A stretch of 55,959 nt of DNA from a virus (taxonomy: Duplodnaviria; Caudoviricetes): positions 1 through 55,959 of IMG/VR virus record IMGVR_UViG_3300037479_000621; one strand, 5' to 3'. The notes beneath the pieces were generated by a model, which saw nothing but the letters and a program-made list of their open reading frames with translations, was not told the DNA's origin and searched no databases. Below, piece after piece: positions 36,712 to 44,656 of the stretch. The stretch's first letter is position 1; every line of letters starts with the position of its first letter. Both the position numbers and the translations under genes were made by a program.

Positions 36712-37224
36712 ATGCCCCGGCCACTCAACCCGAAGCAGTTGAAGTTCGTGGAACGCTACCTCGCAACGGGTAACGCGACGCAGAGTTACATCGAAGCGGG
36801 GTATACGAAAGACCCGGAGGCGGCAAAGGCGAATGCTGCCCGGTTGCTAACAAAGGATAACGTGAAGCAAGCGGTTGATGCGGCCCGCGCCAAGGCTCTG
36901 GAGAAGCACCCGCTGACCTACGAAGCCGCCCTGAACAATATGTGGGAGCAGGCGCGGTGGTACGGGCCGGATGCCTCCCACATGGCGCGGGTGAAGGCAA
37001 CGGAAAAGGTGATGGAGCATTTCCGCCCGCCCGCCCCGCTCGCGCAGCCCGGTGGTGTGACTGTCAATGTTGCCAACCTGTCCGCCGACGAACTGCGACG
37101 ACGAATTGACGAGGTTAGGTCTCGAATTACAGTTCTATCAAACGGAACTGGCGAGACTGGATTACCCGTTGTGGCTCAGTCTCCACCTCCCGGAAATGAC
37201 GTGGACGTGGCCGCACCTCACTAG
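36712..37224 (+). CDS. terS: Terminase small subunit
   Basis: LNPKQLKFVERYL..GNATQSYIEAGY...ARLL; TAGAAT-7-ATG leaderless. Confidence 0.88.
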   Translation: MPRPLNPKQLKFVERYLATGNATQSYIEAGYTKDPEAAKANAARLLTKDNVKQAVDAARAKALEKHPLTYEAALNNMWEQARWYGPDASHMARVKATEKVMEHFRPPAPLAQPGGVTVNVANLSADELRRRIDEVRSRITVLSNGTGETGLPVVAQSPPPGNDVDVAAPH

Positions 37225-38485
37225 GGGGATTCTGCCCCGACTTCAGAAGGTGACGGACGGCCTCGTTGACCGGCTCGGTATCATGCTCCCCCCGCAGCAC
37301 GGCAAGACCCGTTCGGTGTCCGTGCCCTACCCCGTCTGGCGGATGATGAACAGGGATGGTCTCCGCGCTGGAGTCTGTTCCCACTCGCAGCGGTACGCCA
37401 ACAAGATTAGCCGCTGGTGCCGCAAGCTCGCGGAGAAGGCGGGCGCGAAATTGGGCGATGTGTCCCGCGCCGACGAGTGGGAGATGGCGAGCGGCAGTAC
37501 GTTCATCGCCCGCGGCCGGGGGGCGAGCATCGCGGGCGAACCACTGGACCTGCTCATCGTGGACGACGTGTTCGGCAACCGCCAGGACGCGGACTCGCCC
37601 GTGGTGCAGGAAGAGGCTTACGAGTGGTACATGGACGACGTGACGCCGCGGCTCCAAAAGGACGCGGCGATTGTGCTGGTGAATACCCGGTGGGGACCGG
37701 GCGACCTCTACGGGCGGATCGGGCAGAGCGAAGAAGGTCACGAGTGGGACATCCTGCGGTTGCCCGCCATCGCGGAGGAGAATGATCCTCTGGGCCGCAA
37801 GCCCGGCGAAGCGCTCTGCCCCGACCGGTTCCCGCTGGAGAAGTTGCTTCAGAAGCGCCGCGTCGAGGGTGTCGGGTTCGAGTCCCTGTACCAGGGCAAT
37901 CCCATTCCCCGCGGCGGGACGTTCTTCGAGCGGGCGTGGTTTGAGGTGGTCGATAGTCTGCCCCCGAACGCCCGGTTGGTGCGGTACTGGGACTTGGCGT
38001 CCTCCCGGCACGATTCCGCCTGCTTCACGTCGGGTGTGCTGATGGCGAAGGTCGGGGATGGCGAGGCGGCGGTGTACTACGTGGTGGACGTGATCCGTGG
38101 GCGGTGGATGCCGGCCGACCGCAACGACGTGATGCTGACCACGGCGAGGGCCGACAGTGCGCGTCCGGGATTCCAACGGACGTACTTCGAATCTCCGGTG
38201 TTCGACAAGGACCGAGCGGCGGCGCGGGCCATCGTCGCGAAGCTGTCCGGCTACCCAGTTCAGGCGGACGACGTGAGCGGGTCGGGGTCCAAGGAACTGC
38301 GGGCGGAACCGCTGGCGGGGGTGGCGAAGGCGCGGCTGGTGAAACTCGTGGCGGGGAGCTGGAACGCGGCGTACCTGACCGAGATGGAGTCGTTCCCGCG
38401 CGGGCAGTACAAGGATCAAGTCGATAGTTCTAGTGGTTGTTATAATAAACTGACCCGCGGCGAGGTGCTGTGGTCAATCGCGTAG
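37067..38485 (+). CDS. terL: Terminase large subunit (start may be 37196)
   Basis: PPQHGKT Walker A, LLIVDD, TRW, YWDLA, DQVDS nuclease motifs. Confidence 0.93.
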   Translation: MLPTCPPTNCDDELTRLGLELQFYQTELARLDYPLWLSLHLPEMTWTWPHLTRGILPRLQKVTDGLVDRLGIMLPPQHGKTRSVSVPYPVWRMMNRDGLRAGVCSHSQRYANKISRWCRKLAEKAGAKLGDVSRADEWEMASGSTFIARGRGASIAGEPLDLLIVDDVFGNRQDADSPVVQEEAYEWYMDDVTPRLQKDAAIVLVNTRWGPGDLYGRIGQSEEGHEWDILRLPAIAEENDPLGRKPGEALCPDRFPLEKLLQKRRVEGVGFESLYQGNPIPRGGTFFERAWFEVVDSLPPNARLVRYWDLASSRHDSACFTSGVLMAKVGDGEAAVYYVVDVIRGRWMPADRNDVMLTTARADSARPGFQRTYFESPVFDKDRAAARAIVAKLSGYPVQADDVSGSGSKELRAEPLAGVAKARLVKLVAGSWNAAYLTEMESFPRGQYKDQVDSSSGCYNKLTRGEVLWSIA

Positions 38486-38494
38486 GGGGCAACC

Positions 38495-38665
38495 ATGACC
38501 GAAGCCGAGCGTCAGGCAGCATTGGCCGAGTGGCTGAAGACTCGCCCTGAGTGCGTCCAGAAACTCGCGGCGGAATTCCCCATCGGGTCTGTGTTCAAGG
38601 TCGGTGACGAGTGGCCGTTGCACCTGCTCGGGTGGACCGAGCGCGACATTCTCTCCACCCGCTGA
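38495..38665 (+). CDS. Small hypothetical protein
   Basis: MTEAERQAALAEWLKTRPECVQ..., AGGGGG SD. Confidence 0.45.
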   Translation: MTEAERQAALAEWLKTRPECVQKLAAEFPIGSVFKVGDEWPLHLLGWTERDILSTR

Positions 38666-38712
38666 CCGAGTTCGAGTTGCTGGCGCCCCCGAGTCCGCGC
38701 TGGCGGTAACCG

Positions 38713-38739
38713 GCAGGTTCTACCCCCGCCCCGCATCAT
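38713..38739 (+). promoter_or_regulatory. Late-type promoter GCAGGTT-N14-CATCAT, leaderless to portal ATG
   Basis: Motif followed by 7 nt to ATG 38747. Confidence 0.72.
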
Positions 38740-38746
38740 TCGGGGC

Positions 38747-40864
38747 ATGAACCCCGGCGCGACCATCTACAGCGACGCCCTGTCCCTCGACTGGCCCGAC
38801 CACGCCACGCGGGACAAGCAGCAACTCCAGAGTGCCGCCGCGTACCTCCACGTTCTCCAGAGCGACCCGCCCGGCGGGTGGAGCGCCGACCGCTGGCAGC
38901 AAGCCCTCCACCTCCGGGGCATCATCTACATCGCCATCCGTGCCATCCGGAACTTGGCGGGTGGCGCGACCTACGAAGTCTACCAGCGCCGACGCCGCAA
39001 CCGGAACAAGACCACGTTCGGGTCGGGCAGTGCCGTTGCGAAGTCGCTCCCGAGTCCGCAGGCCCAGGGGCGGGACGAGGACTACACGCCGTTCGACGAC
39101 GACGACCACCCGCTCGTCCGCCTCGTGCACCACCCGAACCAGACCGAGACGTTCGGGGAACTGAGCGCGAAACTGGTACTCCAGAACCGGCTCACGGGTG
39201 TCGGTCCCCTGTGGGCACTGCCCAACCGGCAGGGGAAGCCCGTCGAGCTGTGGTCGCTCAAGACCCCGCTCCTCTACCCCCTGTGGCAGCGGACGCGGCA
39301 GTACCCCAACGGCGCGTGGCGGGTGAACCCCTACGTCCCCGGCGGGTGGACGGGCGCTCTCCCCACCGGACTCGGGGCGGCGGGTGCCGTCATCCCCGGC
39401 GAGGAAGTGAAGCGGTTCATGGAACCGCACCCGTTCATCGACTGGGACGGGTACAGTCCGCTCACCGCGGGCGACAAGCAGATCGACGTACTCGAATCCA
39501 TCGACGAGGCCCGCAAGAACGCGATGGACCGGGGCGTGGTGCTGGATACCTATGTCGTGGTTCCGGGGGCGAGCCAGGAGACGCTCGACCGGCTCACGAA
39601 GGAGATGCGGGAGAAGTACGGCAGCTCGAAGAACCACCGCAGCTTCGCCGCGTTCGCGACCAACGACGCGAACTCGAAAGCCACGTTCCAGACGATGAAC
39701 GCCCGCGTCGTGGACATGGACTTCCCCGAGGGCTGGCAGCAGTCGATCGACTTCTGCTTGGCGCTCTTCGGCGTGCCCCCGTCCGTGGCCGGGCTGAAGC
39801 CGTCGGGATCGTACAGCGAGCACTACGCCAGCCGGCAGCAGTTCCACGACGAGCAGGCGGACTACCTCGAATCGCTCGCCACGTTCTACACGAAGTCGCT
39901 GGCGTGGCCGTGGTGCAGTTACCCGGATGAGTTTCTGATTCGGTGCAAGCCCCGCCCCGTCAACGACCACGAACTCGCGGAGAAGAAGCACCAGCGCCAG
40001 TGCCAGCAGTCCACCATCACGCTGGACGAGTCCCGCGCGAAGGACGACCTGCCGCCGTACCACGACCCGGAGGTGGGGAAACTGCCGGTGTCGGTGGCGC
40101 TCGCCCGGCTGACGCAACAGCAGGCGGCGGACCGGCGCGAGCCGCAGTTGCCCACGGGCCAGCCCGATCTCGACGCCGCCGCGCAGCAACTGGAGCCGCT
40201 GCCCGGTTCCACCCCGACCGGGGGCGGCCCGCCCAGGCCTGCGAACCCTGCCCCGCCGGGTTCGCTGCCGCCGCGCCCCGAGGTGGCGAAGGGCTTTGAC
40301 CCCGGCGAAGCGCGGGATGAATCTGGGAAGTGGACGGGTGGCGGCTCGGCGGGGTCCGTTGCCGACCACTGGCGCGGCAAAGTTCCGCACCCGGACACCG
40401 TGACCGGCATGCCGAACACGAAAAAGGCGCGGGCAGAGCTGGCCCGGCGCATCGACAACGCCCGAATCGAGGCACTGAACGCGCTGGTCGGGAAGTACGG
40501 CACCCGCGACGTGGAAAGCGCCTGGACGCCGGAGGAGAAGGCGCTGCACAACCACCTCTTCTTCGTCCGGGAGGTGCTGGCGACGGGCGAGGAGCGGGAC
40601 GGCGCGCAGCATCTTGGTCCAGTGTCCGACCGGCGCTACGCCGGGTACTACCGCGGCGCGGTCGAAACACTCGACAAACTCCGGGCGATGGCGGCGCAAC
40701 CGGCGGGGGCTACCAAGGCGCTGGACAGCATGAACACCCTGTCCGGCAGCGACGGCGGATTCACGGTCCCGCCCGGCGACGCGCGCGTACAATCCGGCAA
40801 GCGCAAGAAGAAGCCGCTGCGGAAGCGGCTGGTGGGGCGGGTACTCAAATCACTGGAGGGGTGA
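38747..40864 (+). CDS. HK97-type portal protein with C-terminal tagged extension
   Basis: HPLVRLVHHPN, GYSPL, DMDF, FGVPPSVAG, TLDESR; then KGFDPGEARDESGKW module. Confidence 0.88.
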   Translation: MNPGATIYSDALSLDWPDHATRDKQQLQSAAAYLHVLQSDPPGGWSADRWQQALHLRGIIYIAIRAIRNLAGGATYEVYQRRRRNRNKTTFGSGSAVAKSLPSPQAQGRDEDYTPFDDDDHPLVRLVHHPNQTETFGELSAKLVLQNRLTGVGPLWALPNRQGKPVELWSLKTPLLYPLWQRTRQYPNGAWRVNPYVPGGWTGALPTGLGAAGAVIPGEEVKRFMEPHPFIDWDGYSPLTAGDKQIDVLESIDEARKNAMDRGVVLDTYVVVPGASQETLDRLTKEMREKYGSSKNHRSFAAFATNDANSKATFQTMNARVVDMDFPEGWQQSIDFCLALFGVPPSVAGLKPSGSYSEHYASRQQFHDEQADYLESLATFYTKSLAWPWCSYPDEFLIRCKPRPVNDHELAEKKHQRQCQQSTITLDESRAKDDLPPYHDPEVGKLPVSVALARLTQQQAADRREPQLPTGQPDLDAAAQQLEPLPGSTPTGGGPPRPANPAPPGSLPPRPEVAKGFDPGEARDESGKWTGGGSAGSVADHWRGKVPHPDTVTGMPNTKKARAELARRIDNARIEALNALVGKYGTRDVESAWTPEEKALHNHLFFVREVLATGEERDGAQHLGPVSDRRYAGYYRGAVETLDKLRAMAAQPAGATKALDSMNTLSGSDGGFTVPPGDARVQSGKRKKKPLRKRLVGRVLKSLEG

Positions 40865-40867
40865 GCC

Positions 40868-41536
40868 GTGGGTTATCGCATTGTGCGGATGTCGCACGAG
40901 CTGTTCGTCGAACTTCTCACCGAGGGATGGTCGTGGCCGAGTCGCGATGGGGAGCGTCTCGTCTGCGTCAAGGGACTGCCGCCCGACGCGCGGCTGGTAG
41001 ACATCTCGCACCAACTCCATTTCGCCACCAACGACGTGGCGCTCAAGTTCGAGTCCCCGTCGTGGCCCGACCCGCAGCCGGGTGACGCAATCCAGGAGAT
41101 TGAGATTCGGCACCGACGGGAGAGTGCGCCGCCAATCGTGATTGACCTGCCGTCGGACATGACCCCGGAACGCCGACAGGAATTGCTGGAGCAACTGGAG
41201 TCTGCCCCGCGCGGGCCGCTCATGACGTTCCCGGCCCGCTTCTCCACCGTCCCGCCGACTTCCGAGATGGTCGCGGACTGTGGCCTAACGAGTTGGTCGG
41301 TCTCGGATGTGGTGGTGCAGGAAATCGACATGCAGGGCGCTGTCACCGCCCCCGAATCGCCGTCACCGAATTCGGTGTTGTTTCCCGGCGTTTGCGCACG
41401 ACTGACGGGCGCACCGTTCTACTACACCCGCGAGCAGTTGGACGCGATGAGTTCCGAGCAGTTGAGCGCTCGGTACGACGCGGCAACGCGAGCGGCCGAT
41501 GGCACCGACGCTCCGCACGTCGTTACCGGAAGTTAG
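40868..41536 (+). CDS. Hypothetical protein
   Basis: ORF following the portal gene. Confidence 0.55.
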   Translation: MGYRIVRMSHELFVELLTEGWSWPSRDGERLVCVKGLPPDARLVDISHQLHFATNDVALKFESPSWPDPQPGDAIQEIEIRHRRESAPPIVIDLPSDMTPERRQELLEQLESAPRGPLMTFPARFSTVPPTSEMVADCGLTSWSVSDVVVQEIDMQGAVTAPESPSPNSVLFPGVCARLTGAPFYYTREQLDAMSSEQLSARYDAATRAADGTDAPHVVTGS

Positions 41537-41544
41537 GCGCGTAA
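41533..41544 (+). repeat. Dispersed 12-bp motif (perfect)
   Basis: Overlaps TAG stop. Confidence 0.9.
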
Positions 41545-41557
41545 GGAGTCCCGTTCT

Positions 41558-41749
41558 GTGTCCTACGTCGTCTGCCGGGTGCTGTTGCACCACCCGTACC
41601 GACTCTACTTCGGGGGCGTCTACGCGATGCTGTCCGGGAAGTTCGTCCACGAGTGGCGGCCGAACCGGGACCACGCGGTGCGGTTCGAGCACTGGCGGGC
41701 GGCGGCGTTCGTGGCGGCGATGGCGGAGGGGACGATTCAGGAGGTGTGA
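41558..41749 (+). CDS. Small hypothetical protein
   Basis: AAGGAG SD. Confidence 0.45.
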   Translation: MSYVVCRVLLHHPYRLYFGGVYAMLSGKFVHEWRPNRDHAVRFEHWRAAAFVAAMAEGTIQEV

Positions 41750-41969
41750 GACGTGAGGCGTTTCTGGGTTTGGCTGAGAAAGGGGATGTGGCGACTCCGC
41801 CGCGGCGTGCCGTTGCGCCGGCTGTCACTGCTCCTGTGCCGGTGCGGGTGTCACGTCGAAGTCTGGTGGGACGGACGGTCAACTGCATGGTGTGCGGGAA
41901 GTCGTTCCACCCCATCGCCCACCGTGAGTTGCGGGTGGTAATCCAGAAGGCGATAGACGAGGTGTAGAC

Positions 41970-44315
41970 GTGCCCCACCCCGACCTCGACGAACTCGACG
42001 CCCTGCTCGCCCGCAGTCCCCGCGTCCGCCGGTGGGTCCGGAAGTCGATGCGCGCCGCGCACCGCAAGGGACTGCGGGCGGGTGCCGAACGGGAGCGGGG
42101 CAAGTTCGACGCGATGCTGGAGCGGTTCCGGGTACTGAAGGAACTGAACGGGACGGGGGACGTGTTCAAGGCGGCGTGGGACGAGTCCAAACACCCCCGC
42201 GACCGCGGCAAATTCGCCACCTCCGAGGGCAGTTCCGGTGCCGCGCAAGGGATGGATAAGGGAGAAACAGCGGGTGAACAGCGGAGCGCCGCGCCCGCCG
42301 ACTCGCCCTCTCCCTCTGTGGACCCCGAACACCCCGCCGACGCCAAGGCCCGGTCGCTCCTGTCCCGGCTCGCGTCCGTGCCGGGTGCCGTCCGCAGGCG
42401 CGTCTCCGAGTTCATCGCGCACAAGTACGCCGGCATGGTCGAGCGGTACGGGGAGAAGGGCGCGAAGGCGGTCATGGCCGCGACCATCCTCGTCCTGCCG
42501 ATTCCGGGGCCGACATCGGTCATCCCCATCGCCATCGCGGAGGCGGTGCTGAAGATTCGTAGCGCGGTGCGGGGCAAGCCGGCGGGTGAGACGGAAGCGA
42601 AGGCGTGGCCATTTGGCGATTGTGGCTGCGACAACTCCGAGTTTGTCGGCAAAGCGTGGAACCCCGACGAGCACCCCCGCGACGACCGCGGCCGGTTCGT
42701 GGACGCGCACGACCTTCATGCGGCGATGACTGATCCGGCGAAGGCGGCGGAACTCCGCGCGAAGGTCACCAAGCCCGAAGAGCGCGCGAAGTTGGATGCG
42801 GCAATCGGCCCCGAGACTAGGCCGGTCGGCGCGGACGAATCGCCTGTTCACTGCGGCGATGACATCAAGCGCGCCGCGAAACTGCTCGCGCAAGGTCGCC
42901 GGGTCGAACTCGCGCAGCCCGAACAGGTCGCCACGCTGATCGAACGGATGGGCAGGATGGTTCGCAAGGCAATCGCCAAGGGAAGGGATGCGCCGGTTTT
43001 CGACCTCTGCAAGGTGACCGTGCCGGGGACGAACCTGTTCTGCCAGGAGACGGTGGGGTTCCCGCGCGTGCGGATGCCGCAGATGCGCGGGTGGCCCGAG
43101 CCCGGCTCCCCGGCCTCGGGGAAGAAGGCGAACAAGGCCGGCAAGGTGGACATTTCCGCAGAGTTCATCGACCACTTGCAGAGTCAGGGCATTGTGGTCG
43201 AGCGGCTGAGCGTCCGGGCGTCCCACCTCCGCGCGTCGCAGAACGAGATCGACGGCGCTCGGGTCGCGCAACTCGTCGGCGAGTCGGACGCCGGCACCAA
43301 GGACTTGCGGGAGCGGCCGATCTTCGTGACGCGGGACAACTACGTGCTGGACGGCCACCACCACTGGGCGGCGATCGTCGGCGTCGGGTACGGGCGGGGC
43401 AAGGACTTGAAAGTGCCGGTCTACAAACTCGACATGGACATCGGCCGCGGCATCCACGAGGCGAACGCCTTCGCGAAAAAGATGGGCCTGAAGCCGAAGG
43501 CCGTGGCGGGAGCGCCCGCGGTCGGCAAGGGCTTCGACCCGAACGAGGCCCGCGACGAGTCGGGCAAGTGGACCTCGGGCGGCGCGGGCGGCAGCGCACC
43601 CGACCGTGATTCGGAACGTCAAGCCGACTGGCTCAAACAGCAGAAACAGGACGCCCGCGCCGCGGTCGATTGGGAGGCGACTGCGAAACAGGTCAAGGCC
43701 CGCGCCCCGTCCAAGCAACTCAAGGCGGCGACCAAGTACCGCGACGCGGCCCGTCGCCGCCGGGTCATCAAGGCCGTCCGCAACGAGGGCGAACTGGCGA
43801 CCGCGATTCAGGGCCACAACCTGCCCGACAGCGAGCCGGCCGACGTGGTTCACATCCTCGACGCGACCGGGAAGCCCGTCACCGACCCGGAGGCGGTCAA
43901 GTACGCGCTCAAGGTCCGCGAAGCGGCAGTCAAGGCGCTGAAACTGCCGAACCTCCACCCGCGCCAGCGCGAAGCCTACGAGCACGTCCTGGCGCAGCCG
44001 GCGCACTTCTTCGAGGTGAAGACGCTACTCACGACCGCGAAGGATGAGGTCCACATGTCGAAGGCGGCGATGAAGCGCAAGGAGCGGTGGATGAGTAAGT
44101 ACGGCATCACGTTCCATACCGTCGCGCTGGACGACAGGAAGGGCAAGAAACATTCGGGGCACCGGGTCTACGTCATCCCCAACGCCTTCGGCTCGACGGT
44201 GAAACTCGCCGACATGCAGAAGGCCGACAGCCTCGCGGCGGTGATGGACCACGCGACCGGGAAGCATACCGAGGCTGCGAAGCAGACGAAGGTATCGCCG
44301 GAGGTGGCCGCATGA
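41970..44315 (+). CDS. Head-associated polyprotein: three tagged modules including ParB/Srx-like and PD-(D/E)xK-like domains
   Basis: Tags at 42162, 42645, 43521; ASQNEID...PIFVTRDNYVLDGHHHWAA; E...PDSEPADV...FEVKT. Confidence 0.7.
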   Translation: MPHPDLDELDALLARSPRVRRWVRKSMRAAHRKGLRAGAERERGKFDAMLERFRVLKELNGTGDVFKAAWDESKHPRDRGKFATSEGSSGAAQGMDKGETAGEQRSAAPADSPSPSVDPEHPADAKARSLLSRLASVPGAVRRRVSEFIAHKYAGMVERYGEKGAKAVMAATILVLPIPGPTSVIPIAIAEAVLKIRSAVRGKPAGETEAKAWPFGDCGCDNSEFVGKAWNPDEHPRDDRGRFVDAHDLHAAMTDPAKAAELRAKVTKPEERAKLDAAIGPETRPVGADESPVHCGDDIKRAAKLLAQGRRVELAQPEQVATLIERMGRMVRKAIAKGRDAPVFDLCKVTVPGTNLFCQETVGFPRVRMPQMRGWPEPGSPASGKKANKAGKVDISAEFIDHLQSQGIVVERLSVRASHLRASQNEIDGARVAQLVGESDAGTKDLRERPIFVTRDNYVLDGHHHWAAIVGVGYGRGKDLKVPVYKLDMDIGRGIHEANAFAKKMGLKPKAVAGAPAVGKGFDPNEARDESGKWTSGGAGGSAPDRDSERQADWLKQQKQDARAAVDWEATAKQVKARAPSKQLKAATKYRDAARRRRVIKAVRNEGELATAIQGHNLPDSEPADVVHILDATGKPVTDPEAVKYALKVREAAVKALKLPNLHPRQREAYEHVLAQPAHFFEVKTLLTTAKDEVHMSKAAMKRKERWMSKYGITFHTVALDDRKGKKHSGHRVYVIPNAFGSTVKLADMQKADSLAAVMDHATGKHTEAAKQTKVSPEVAA

Positions 44316-44656
44316 GTTTCTTTGCCGCCTACGTCGTCCCCGGCTCCGGCGAGCCGACCGACGGCGATTCCGTCGCCACGTCGCTCGGGTGGAAGCGGTG
44401 GGGCGACTGGGTCCTGACGCACGCCGACCACTTCCCCGGGGCCGCGCACCTCGCACAAGAGGGCTGGCTGGAGGGCGCGGAGTCGTTCGCGGAACTGGAA
44501 CACGAACTCGGGAAACTGTTGCACGAGGCCCCCGACCCCGACCGCTCTGCCGTGACCGCGCAGGTGCTGGCCGCGCTCAAGAGCCGACCGCCCGGAGCGA
44601 CGGCGCTCGTGGTGACGGACGGCGAACCCGGCGACGAAACGGACGGTGACCTGTGA
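44312..44656 (+). CDS. Small acidic protein, candidate immunity protein
   Basis: ATGA overlap directly after the nuclease-like C-terminus. Confidence 0.55.
   Translation: MSFFAAYVVPGSGEPTDGDSVATSLGWKRWGDWVLTHADHFPGAAHLAQEGWLEGAESFAELEHELGKLLHEAPDPDRSAVTAQVLAALKSRPPGATALVVTDGEPGDETDGDL

Noticed and set aside
38720-44006. 690-aa and 827-aa minus-strand ORFs
   Set aside because: Antisense shadows of the portal and polyprotein genes
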